Positions 8,968-16,887 of a stretch of DNA of 26,182 bases are shown here, in pieces; the stretch's first letter is position 1; every line of letters starts with the position of its first letter. The DNA comes from Gemmatimonadota bacterium. Lineage in GTDB: Bacteria > Gemmatimonadota > Gemmatimonadetes > Longimicrobiales > RSA9. A program made the position numbers and the translations under genes. Location: contig JBBDRO010000071.1 in the NCBI GenBank assembly GCA_040905425.1, forward strand, positions 1 through 26,182, in the 5' to 3' direction. Under the pieces are notes generated by a model. It searched no databases. It was not told the origin of the DNA and worked only from the letters and a program-made list of their open reading frames with translations.

Positions 8968-10359
8968 TCAGCGTCCGGAGCCGCTCCCGCGGCCTGAGCT
9001 CCGACCGGTGCCGCTGCCGCGCCGCGAGCCGCGGGACGCACCGCCGCGGTTGTTGCCGCCGCCGTTCCCGTTGCCACCGCTGGCGCCGTTGCCGCCGGCG
9101 CCCCGACGCTCCGCCTTGGCGGCGGCGCGCGAGCGCTCCTCACGCTTGCGGGCGCGGATGGCGTCGATGCGCTGCTTCAGCGGCACCTCGAGCGGCTCCT
9201 CGGCGCGGGCGTTGTAGTCGAAGCCCTCGAGCTGCCGGCGCTCGATGCTCCGGCCCACCTTGCGCTCGATGCCGCGCGCGTCGTTCTCCTCCTCCGGAGA
9301 GACGAGCGTGTACGCTTCGCCAGTTTCCTCCGCACGCGCCGTGCGGCCCACGCGGTGGATGTAGTCATCCGGCGCGGCGGGCACGTCGAAGTTCACCACG
9401 TGGTCCAGCGCCTCCACATCGATGCCGCGGGCCACGATATCCGTGGCCACGAGCACCCGGTAGCGGCCGTCCTTGAAGCCGGCCAGCGCCTCCGTGCGCT
9501 GCTTCTGGCTGCGGTTGCCGTGGATGCGCGCCACGCCGATGCCGGCCTTCTCCAGCTTCTCGGCCAGCCGGTTCGAGCGGTGCTTGGTGCGGCAGAATAC
9601 GATCACGTTGCCGATCTCGTCCTGCCGCAGGAGCTCGATGAGGAGCGCCGTCTTGCGGTCGGCCCGCACCGGCCAGAAGGCCTGCGTGATGCCGCTGGGG
9701 GTGGTCTGCTTGCGGGCCACCTCCACGCGCGCCGGCGAGCGCAGCAGCTCCTGCGAGAGCTTCACGATGGGCGGCGGCATGGTGGCCGAGAAGAAGAGCG
9801 TCTGGCGCTCCCCCTTCGGCAGGTGGCGCAGGATGCGCCGCACGTCCGGCAGGAAGCCCATGTCCAGCATGCGGTCCGCCTCGTCCAGCACCAGCACCTC
9901 CAGGTGCGGCAGCTTGGCGTAGTCGTACTGGAAGTGGTCCAGCAGCCGGCCGGGCGTGGCCACCAGGATGTCCACGCCGCTCCGGAACGCCTTGACCTGC
10001 GGGTTCATCCCCACGCCGCCGTAGATGGCGGCGCCGCGGATGCCCGTGCCCGGTGCCAGCTCCTCGAGGTGCTCCACGATCTGGGCCGCCAGTTCGCGGG
10101 TGGGCGTCAGGATGAGCGCCCGGGTGCCGCCGCGAGGGCGGCCCATGAGGCGCTGCATGATGGGCAGCAGGAAGGCGGCGGTCTTGCCGCTGCCGGTCTG
10201 CGCGGAGGCCAGCACGTCCCGGTCATTCAGCGCCAGCGGAATGGCCTCGGCCTGCACGGGAGTCGGACGGGTGAAGCCGAGCGCCTCCACGGAGCGGAGG
10301 AGGTCGGTATGTAGCCCGAGCGCGGCAAAGCCGCTGCGGGCGGCCGTTTCGTTGCTCAT
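8968..10359 (-). CDS. DEAD-box RNA helicase (RhlE-like)
   Basis: Q motif (GFTRPTPVQ), AQTGSGKT, PTRELA, TPGRL, DEAD, SAT, ARGID, HRVGRTAR and a Gly/Arg-rich tail. Start at ATG 10359 with AAGGGA upstream. Confidence 0.97.
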   Translation of the reverse strand: MSNETAARSGFAALGLHTDLLRSVEALGFTRPTPVQAEAIPLALNDRDVLASAQTGSGKTAAFLLPIMQRLMGRPRGGTRALILTPTRELAAQIVEHLEELAPGTGIRGAAIYGGVGMNPQVKAFRSGVDILVATPGRLLDHFQYDYAKLPHLEVLVLDEADRMLDMGFLPDVRRILRHLPKGERQTLFFSATMPPPIVKLSQELLRSPARVEVARKQTTPSGITQAFWPVRADRKTALLIELLRQDEIGNVIVFCRTKHRSNRLAEKLEKAGIGVARIHGNRSQKQRTEALAGFKDGRYRVLVATDIVARGIDVEALDHVVNFDVPAAPDDYIHRVGRTARAEETGEAYTLVSPEEENDARGIERKVGRSIERRQLEGFDYNARAEEPLEVPLKQRIDAIRARKREERSRAAAKAERRGAGGNGASGGNGNGGGNNRGGASRGSRRGSGTGRSSGRGSGSGR

Positions 10360-10408
10360 GAAATCCCTTGAAGGGGTGAAGAGACGGGCGCGGCCGGACC
10401 CGTCGAGC

Positions 10409-10444
10409 AAACGAAAGGGACTTCAGGCAGAACCCGAAGTCCCT
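10409..10444 (-). terminator. intrinsic terminator-like hairpin upstream of the DEAD helicase
   Basis: Minus-strand AGGGACTTCGGG-TTCTG-CCTGAAGTCCCT (12 bp, one G-U pair), running into TTCGTTT. Confidence 0.7.
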
Positions 10445-10478
10445 GGCCGCGCAGATGCAAATTGCCCTGCAGTCTATT

Positions 10479-10507
10479 AAGCTAGCGGGAAGGAGGCCTT
10501 TCTACAA
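10479..10507 (-). promoter_or_regulatory. putative sigma70-type promoter for the DEAD helicase leader
   Basis: Minus-strand TTGTAG-N17-TAGCTT overlapping the stop codon of the upstream gene. Confidence 0.45.
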
Positions 10508-10874
10508 GGCCCTCCACCTCCGCGGCGCGCAGCAGCACGTCCCGCTCGAAGGCCTGGACCTGCTCGTCGTCCCGCACCAGAAAGCGGCGGCCGCGCTTGA
10601 TGAGCTCGCGGGCGCGGGTGTGCGGCAGGTCGTTCAGCACCACCACGGCCACGCTCTCGCGGCGCAGCACCTGGATGAGTTCGGCGCTCAGGCGCTCCGC
10701 TTCGTCGCCGCGGTCGCTGCGGCCGGGAAAGGTGGGACGGTCCAGCAGCAGCGCCACGTCCACGTCCGCCTGCCCCGCCTCCTCACCCGCGAGCGGGCCG
10801 AAGAGGTAGGCGGCCAGGACGCCCTGGCCATCCATGCCCATGAGGTAGTCGTGCAGTCGTTCCCCGATGCTCAT
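10482..10874 (-). CDS. MntA-like minimal nucleotidyltransferase-fold protein (degenerate GS motif)
   Basis: 130 aa: AAYLFGP...ADVDVALLL...VVVLNDLP...LIKRGRRFLVRD follows the MNT/Pol-beta pattern. No HEPN partner adjacent. Confidence 0.75.
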   Translation of the reverse strand: MSIGERLHDYLMGMDGQGVLAAYLFGPLAGEEAGQADVDVALLLDRPTFPGRSDRGDEAERLSAELIQVLRRESVAVVVLNDLPHTRARELIKRGRRFLVRDDEQVQAFERDVLLRAAEVEGLVERPPSR

Positions 10875-10938
10875 GCAGTGGAAGGTAGCGCGCGCCGCGG
10901 CCAGCGGGAAGGAACGGCGGGTGAACGGGGTCGTCGCT

Positions 10939-11259
10939 TCAGGATTCGAGCACGGGCGGCTCCGGCCCGTCGGCCTCCCGCTCGTCGGCCTGCCGCTCCC
11001 GCTCGTCGGCCTGCCGCTCCCGCTCGTCGGCCTGCCGCTCCCGCTCGAGGTGCCGGCGCAGGTGCGGATGCACCTCCAGGACCTGCTGGCGCACGTCGGC
11101 CAGGTGCGGCACCACCAGCTCCTTGTAGCACGCGGGACACAGATAGAAGTAGCCGCCCTCCAGCGGCAGCTCCAGGAACCTGCCGAACCAGAGATTCATG
11201 AGACCGATCATCTTGCGCGGATCGGTCCGGCCACAGCGCTTGCACGGCAGTAGTGACAC
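10939..11259 (-). CDS. small putative zinc-binding protein (CxxC...CxxC) with charged repeat tail
   Basis: GTG start with strong GGGAGG RBS. CKRC and CPAC motifs. C-terminal (ERERQAD)n. Confidence 0.7.
   Translation of the reverse strand: MSLLPCKRCGRTDPRKMIGLMNLWFGRFLELPLEGGYFYLCPACYKELVVPHLADVRQQVLEVHPHLRRHLERERQADERERQADERERQADEREADGPEPPVLES
10975..11047. repeat. 21-bp tandem repeat, about 3.5 copies, in frame
   Basis: CTCCCGCTCGTCGGCCTGCCG at 10975, 10996 and 11017, plus a 10-nt partial copy at 11038. Confidence 0.95.
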
Positions 11260-11349
11260 CCGTCCTCCCGCCTTCCGCCCGGGGGCATCCCGCGCTCGGC
11301 GGGAAAGATAGCGCCGGCGGCCGCTCGAGCGCTGGTGCGGGGGCGTCTC

Positions 11350-11655
11350 CTAGCCCGCCGGCAGCCGGATCTCCGGCGTCTCCGGATGGCGCCGGTAGAG
11401 CACCACCGTGCGCCCGATCACATGCACCACGTGAACGTCCTCGAGCCGCTCGGCCAGCTCCCGGCCCGTGCCCCTGGCGTCCAGCGGCGCCGCCTCCAGC
11501 ACCTTCACCTTGAGCAGCTCGCGGGTCTGCAGCGCGTCCAGCACGGAGCCGCCCACGTCCTCTGTGACGCCCTCCTTGCCCACGTGCACGACCGGCTTCA
11601 GGCGGTGCGCAAGGGACTTCAGGTGTGCGCGTTGCTTGGCGGTGAGGTCCGCCAT
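11350..11655 (-). CDS. yhbY: YhbY / CRM-domain RNA-binding ribosome assembly protein
   Basis: LTAKQRAHLKSLAHRLKPVVHVGKEG...ELLKVKVL...VIGRTVVLYR is the YhbY signature. Starts 1 nt after the S9 peptidase stop. Confidence 0.95.
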   Translation of the reverse strand: MADLTAKQRAHLKSLAHRLKPVVHVGKEGVTEDVGGSVLDALQTRELLKVKVLEAAPLDARGTGRELAERLEDVHVVHVIGRTVVLYRRHPETPEIRLPAG

Positions 11656-11656
11656 G

Positions 11657-13963
11657 TCAGCGCCCCCCCATCACGTAACCCGCCGGCGGCTCCGCCCCCA
11701 GCAGGTGCTTCACGAAATAATCCCAGCGTCGCCGCATCATGTACGGCTCGTTGCCGAAGCCGTGGCGACGGTTGGGGAATAGGATGAGGTCGAAGTCCTT
11801 GTTGGCGTCGATGAGCGCGTCCACCACCAGCAGCGTGCTGTAGGGCGGCACGTTGCTGTCCATGGTGCCGTGGGCCAGCAGCAGCTTGCCCTCCAGCTGG
11901 TGGGCAAGGAGCTGGTTGGCCTGGTTGTCGTAGCTGGTGGTGCCGTCGGGATTCGTGATGAGCAGCCCCTGCCACTTCTCGCCCCAGTCGTCCTCATAGT
12001 TGCGGTTGTCGTGGTTGCCGGCCTGGCTCACGGCCACCATGAAGAAGTCCGGGTACTGGAAGATGGCCGCCGTGCTGGCGAAGCCGCCGCCCGAATGGCC
12101 CCAGATCCCCGCCCGCTCGAGATCGATGAACGGGTAGCGCTCCGCCAGCTGCCGCATGGCCGCGATCTGATCGGGCAGGCCGTTGTCCCCCATGTTGCCG
12201 TAGTAGGCCTCGTGGAACGCCTGCGAGCGGCCGGGCGTGCCCATGGCGTCCAGCGCCACCACCACGAAGCCCAGCTCGGCCAGCGCCTGGTGGTCCCGCC
12301 GCGCCGCTGAGAAGCTGCGGCTCCCCACGCTCCCCGACTGCGGCCCCGGATAGATGTAGTTGATGATCGGATAGCGGCGGCTCTCATCCAGGTGTGTGGG
12401 CGTGTACATGAGGCCGTAGACGTCCGTCACGCCGTCGCGCGCCTTGGCGCTGAAGGGCACCGGCGGCTTCCATCCGTAAGCGACGAGGTCGCCAACCTGC
12501 GCGCGCTCCAGCTCCACCACCAGCGACCCGTCCATCCTCCTCAGCTCCGTGACGGGCGGGTCCACGGGCGTGGAACGGGCGTCCACGAAGTAGTCCCCGT
12601 CCGGCGAGAGGGTGACCACGTGGTGCGCGCTGTCGGGCGTGAGCAGCTCCACGCCCGTGCCGTCCAGCCGCGCGCGGTAGAGGTAGTGGAAGTACGGATC
12701 GCCGGGCTCGCGCCCGGCGGCGGTGAACCACACGGTGCGGCTTCCGGGGTCCAGGCGCACCACGTCCTGCACGGCCCACGCGCCGCTGGTCACGGCATTC
12801 TTGAGCGCACCGGTCTCCAGGTCGAAGAGGTAGAGGTGCCCCCAGCCGGTGCGGTGCGCGGAGTACCAGAGCAGCTCGTCCGTCTCCGGCAGGAGGCGCC
12901 AGTTGGCGTTGGACTCGAAGAAGGTGGGCACGCTCTCCGTGAAGACGTCCCGCACGGCCCCGGTGCGCGCGTCGGCCACGCGCACGGTGGCCACCTTGTG
13001 GTCCCGGGAACTGGAGACGAAGACCAGGCGCTCGGCGTCCGGCGTCCACTCGATGTCCGCCCAGCTGCCGCCGCACACGATGTGGTCGCACACGGTGGAG
13101 CGATGCTGATCGGGCGGCATGTCCAGGCGCACCACGCGCGGCCCGCCGGGGGCGTCCAGGTCCGCCACCACCCGGTGGATGCGGAAGATAACGGAGTCCT
13201 CCGGCAGTGGATATTTCCAGGACTCCAGCTCCACGTGGCCCACCTCCGTGGACACCAGGTGCATGCTGCCCACGCCGCGCGCGTCGTGCTGGAAGGTGGC
13301 AATGCGCCGCGAGTCCGGTGACCAGAGCACCACCGGCCGGCTACTCCTCGTCCACCCCGCGTTGTTGGTGGCGTAGCCGAAGTGCTCCACGCCGTCCGTG
13401 GTCACGCGCGTCTCCGTGCCCGTGGCCACGTCCCGCACCCACAGGTCGTGATCGCGCACGAACGCCTCGCGCGCCCCGTCGGGCGAGGGCACGCTGTTGG
13501 GGGAGCCACCCGGCTCTTCCCTCCCCTCGGCACGCGTGCACTCGTAGGTGCGCAGGTCGCACGTCCAGCGCACGTCGCCCACCAGGAAGGTGATCCGCCC
13601 GCCCTCCATCTCGAAGGCGCGGAAGGGCAGCTCCGCGGATTCCACAGTGCGCCCCAGCACGCCGGTCAGCGCGCCGGCCAGGCGCGTGTGGTCAAAGGCC
13701 GGCTCACGCGTGCCGCGCGCCGCGTCCACCAGCACGAACTCCGCGCCCACCGCCAGCGTATTGCGATACCAGAAGCGCTCGCCGTCCACCCAGACGGGGC
13801 GCACGGCATCGCGCGTAACCAGGCCGCCTACGGCCCCGCTCAGGAAGCGCTCGGCCCGGGCATAGTCCTCGGCGGTCAGCCGGTCGGGCGCCCACGGCTG
13901 CTGCGCGTGCGCGGGGCCGGCAAAGAGAAGGAGCGCGGTGAGGAGGAGAAGGGGACGTCGCAT
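11657..13963 (-). CDS. S9 family peptidase with DPP IV N-terminal beta-propeller
   Basis: Signal peptide (MRRPLLLLTALLLFAGPAHA), YPGPQ, nucleophile GHSGGG, Asp in HGTMDSNV and His in NRRHG. Confidence 0.95.
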   Translation of the reverse strand: MRRPLLLLTALLLFAGPAHAQQPWAPDRLTAEDYARAERFLSGAVGGLVTRDAVRPVWVDGERFWYRNTLAVGAEFVLVDAARGTREPAFDHTRLAGALTGVLGRTVESAELPFRAFEMEGGRITFLVGDVRWTCDLRTYECTRAEGREEPGGSPNSVPSPDGAREAFVRDHDLWVRDVATGTETRVTTDGVEHFGYATNNAGWTRSSRPVVLWSPDSRRIATFQHDARGVGSMHLVSTEVGHVELESWKYPLPEDSVIFRIHRVVADLDAPGGPRVVRLDMPPDQHRSTVCDHIVCGGSWADIEWTPDAERLVFVSSSRDHKVATVRVADARTGAVRDVFTESVPTFFESNANWRLLPETDELLWYSAHRTGWGHLYLFDLETGALKNAVTSGAWAVQDVVRLDPGSRTVWFTAAGREPGDPYFHYLYRARLDGTGVELLTPDSAHHVVTLSPDGDYFVDARSTPVDPPVTELRRMDGSLVVELERAQVGDLVAYGWKPPVPFSAKARDGVTDVYGLMYTPTHLDESRRYPIINYIYPGPQSGSVGSRSFSAARRDHQALAELGFVVVALDAMGTPGRSQAFHEAYYGNMGDNGLPDQIAAMRQLAERYPFIDLERAGIWGHSGGGFASTAAIFQYPDFFMVAVSQAGNHDNRNYEDDWGEKWQGLLITNPDGTTSYDNQANQLLAHQLEGKLLLAHGTMDSNVPPYSTLLVVDALIDANKDFDLILFPNRRHGFGNEPYMMRRRWDYFVKHLLGAEPPAGYVMGGR

Positions 13964-14044
13964 AGTTGCCTCTCGGCGTTGGTGTGGCACGATGAGCGGC
14001 AAGATGAGGGGGAGTGCGGCCGGCGGGCAACGGGGGTGCGACGT

Positions 14045-16393
14045 TCAGCCGCGCTGCAGCTCCGTCAGGCGGCGCTTGGCGTCCTCCACCAGCGGCTGCA
14101 GCGGTGTGTCCGCCTCGGCCCAGTTGGCCACGAAGAACTCGAGCCGCTCGCGGGCCTCCGCGTTGTTTCCGAGCGCCTGGTGGATCTTGCCCAGTTCGTA
14201 GCTGGCCAGCGGGTCGGGATCCCACGTCAGGAAGGTGCGGAAGTAGCGCTCGGCCTCGCGCAGGTTGCCCTGATCCCGATGGATGACCCCGAGCCACCAG
14301 CGCACCGGCGCCATGTTGGCCGCTTCGCGCACGGACTCCAGGATGCGTGCGGCCTCGGCCGGCTGGCCGCGCTTCCAGATGCCGTACGCCTCCAGCGCCC
14401 GGACCTGGGCCCTGCCCCGCGCGGCGGCGACCGAATCCCCTGCCGCCATCACGGAGTCCAGCTCGGCCCGCATGAACGTAATCGCGGACGCGTGCGCATC
14501 CCACGCCCCGCGCAACGCCGCGTAGAGCGCAACGGGCCAGACGTTCTCCTCGGTCAACCGCCCCGCCTGGACCTCTGCGAGCGCGGAGTCCAGCACCGTG
14601 GTGGGTAGCGGGAAGCCCAGGGATGCGGCGTGGGCATGCAGCTCCAGGCGGGCGCTGGGCATCGCGGCGGGATCCGCCAGCTCCCGCGCGGCCGCTGTCA
14701 GATGACCACGGCTGAAGAACATACCCCAGCCCAGCCAGTTGCGGAGCTGGCCGCGCAAGGCGGGAGGTGCCCGTTGCAGCGTGCGCCGGAGGAAGCGCTC
14801 GTTCGCGTCCCACAGGAGCGGGTTGTTGAGGCCGAAGCTGATCTGCCTGTGATCCTGGCCCACGGGCATGGAATCCGTGACGGCCAGCGCGGCAGCGCTG
14901 GCGGCCGAATCACCGAACGCCATGGCCTGAACCAATCGATAGCGCCGGGTCATCCAGCTGTCCGGGGCCAGTTCCTCGAACGCATCCAACCTTTCGGCCA
15001 GCAGCGCGCTGTCGGCCTGGTAGCGGGCGGCGTGCTCGATCAGGTGGATCCGGTAGGGTGAGAAGCGGGGCGCGTGCTGCACCGCGCGCGTGAAGGAAGC
15101 CTCCGCCTCGTCCCAGCCCATCAGCCCCTCGCGCACGTGCAACTCGGCCTCGCCGCGCTGATACCAGGCTTCCGGGTCGTCCGGGTACTTGCGCGTGGCC
15201 TCGGCACCGAGTTGCAGCGCCAGGGGATCATTCTCACCCACCGCATGGGACAGGCGCACCAGGAGCGCCTCCCGGTCGGGCATCCGCGCGAGCAGCGTCA
15301 TGGCGCGCTCAGAGGCCGCGGCGCCGCGCTGACTGTTGATGTTCTCACCCCAACCGTACGTCTGGCTGAGCCGGTAGTACGCCAGCCCGAAGAGCGAATC
15401 CGCGCGCACCGCTTCCTCGTAGGCGTTCGCGGCGGCGGCAAAGTCACCGCGACGGAAGAGGGCCTCGCCCTGCAGGTACGCCTTGAGCGCCGGCAGCGAG
15501 GCGGTGGTGATGGCGGCCACGTTCACGCGCGGCAGTTCGCCATCCCCGCGATCACCGATGTGCGCCAGCGTTTGCACGGCCAGCTGATCTACGAGGGCCA
15601 GCACGCTGTCGGCAGGTCCCTGGGCCTGGACCTGGCCGATGGACTGCCCGTTGTCCACCAGGAGCACGTCTCCGGTCAGGCGCACCTGCGGCCCGATGGC
15701 CACGGCGCCGCCCAGCAGCGCGTAGCGGGCGCCGGTGCGGCGGGCCACTTCGAGGGCGGCCGCGCGATCCGGATAGGCCGTGCTGTCCGGTACCGCCTCG
15801 TGCCAGCGCGCCAGGACCGTGGCGCTGGCTATGGAGCGCAGGCCGCCGGCGCCGTCCAGGCCGGTGGCCAGCAGGTCTACCATGCCCTCACGCCACTCAC
15901 CGATGCCCGCCCCACGCACCGAGAAGGGCAGCACCGCGATGCCGTCGGGCGCGGCGGCGGCCTGCACCCCGGCGGGCAGGAAGCTCTCGCCGCGGTCGTT
16001 GATCACCACGTACATCCCCGCCACCCCGAAAAGCAGCAGGAAAGCGGCCGCGCCGGCCACCAGCGTCCTGGCCCAGGTGAGGTGCGGCATGGCACCGCTG
16101 GTCACCGACTGGAGGGCGCCCTCCAGGTCCAGTTCCCAGGAGCGGGGGATCTCGTCCGTGGCCTGGCGCTGCTCCACGAGCGGGTGGGACTGGACCCACG
16201 CCGTGGCCAGGATGATGAGCAGCCCCACCAGGAGCAGGATGACGGCCACCGGGCTGAGCCAGGGTGGCAGGGAGAGGGCCTCACCCAGTTCGTTGACCAC
16301 CTGCAGCACGGCCCACGACGCGCCCAGGTAGACGGCCAGCACGCCGAAGAGACGGGCCTTGCGGACGCGCGTCCAGAGATTCTCCGATGCCAT
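14045..16393 (-). CDS. membrane-anchored protein with TolB-N-like domain and TPR repeats
   Basis: Three N-terminal hydrophobic segments, IAVLPFS...GMVDLL domain, TTASLPALKAYLQGE and a helical TPR-like C-terminus. Confidence 0.8.
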   Translation of the reverse strand: MASENLWTRVRKARLFGVLAVYLGASWAVLQVVNELGEALSLPPWLSPVAVILLLVGLLIILATAWVQSHPLVEQRQATDEIPRSWELDLEGALQSVTSGAMPHLTWARTLVAGAAAFLLLFGVAGMYVVINDRGESFLPAGVQAAAAPDGIAVLPFSVRGAGIGEWREGMVDLLATGLDGAGGLRSIASATVLARWHEAVPDSTAYPDRAAALEVARRTGARYALLGGAVAIGPQVRLTGDVLLVDNGQSIGQVQAQGPADSVLALVDQLAVQTLAHIGDRGDGELPRVNVAAITTASLPALKAYLQGEALFRRGDFAAAANAYEEAVRADSLFGLAYYRLSQTYGWGENINSQRGAAASERAMTLLARMPDREALLVRLSHAVGENDPLALQLGAEATRKYPDDPEAWYQRGEAELHVREGLMGWDEAEASFTRAVQHAPRFSPYRIHLIEHAARYQADSALLAERLDAFEELAPDSWMTRRYRLVQAMAFGDSAASAAALAVTDSMPVGQDHRQISFGLNNPLLWDANERFLRRTLQRAPPALRGQLRNWLGWGMFFSRGHLTAAARELADPAAMPSARLELHAHAASLGFPLPTTVLDSALAEVQAGRLTEENVWPVALYAALRGAWDAHASAITFMRAELDSVMAAGDSVAAARGRAQVRALEAYGIWKRGQPAEAARILESVREAANMAPVRWWLGVIHRDQGNLREAERYFRTFLTWDPDPLASYELGKIHQALGNNAEARERLEFFVANWAEADTPLQPLVEDAKRRLTELQRG

Positions 16394-16670
16394 GCTAGCC
16401 CCTGGTCATGATCCGCCGCGCGGGCGCGCGCTGCGCCGCGGCTCCGTGCGGCCGCAGTTCGGCGTCAGCGTGTTCCGAGCGTGCGTGGATCGGCCGGCGA
16501 AGCTGGTTCATACCACACGCCTCACGTCAGAGATCGGCGGTCCCGCGGGTAACGGTGAAGGCATGGAATACCGCTGGCGGGGGGGAGAGTCCGTGCATCA
16601 ATCTTCCGCCGGGGCACGCACTTGCTCAAGTCCGGCGCGGGCCGAAACTTCTGCCGCCCGAAGAAAAACG

Positions 16671-16699
16671 TTGACGCAGTCCTCCCCGGATGGTATCTA
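16671..16699 (+). promoter_or_regulatory. putative promoter for the CCR/Ig lipoprotein gene
   Basis: A-tract followed by TTGACG-N17-TATCTA with TG extension. The last base of the -10 deviates from consensus. Confidence 0.45.
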
Positions 16700-16887
16700 G
16701 ACAACCCCACGCGATCTTCGGTGGCCCTGCCAGAGACCTCCCATCGGACTCATACGGCAGGAGCAGCAAAAGCAGCACAATACAATAGCACACCGCGCGT
16801 CGCGGCCAACCTGCCGCGAAGGTGCGGGCTGAGTTCCCTACGCGAGCCGGGTTGGCTCGCGTTCCCTCCCCTCAGTAAGGAGTCCGT

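Noticed and set aside
10975..11047. Possible CRISPR array
   Set aside because: The repeats are directly adjacent with no spacers, in frame within a CDS, and there are no cas genes.
16610..16626. Sigma54-like GGCACGCACTTGC
   Set aside because: The GGCAC-to-TTGC spacing is one base short of the strict -24/-12 register, and the leading T is absent.
16806..16862. c-di-GMP-I riboswitch resemblance (GGCCAACC...GCGA...GG)
   Set aside because: The GCAAA elements and the second conserved stem are missing. Kept only as an unassigned structured leader.
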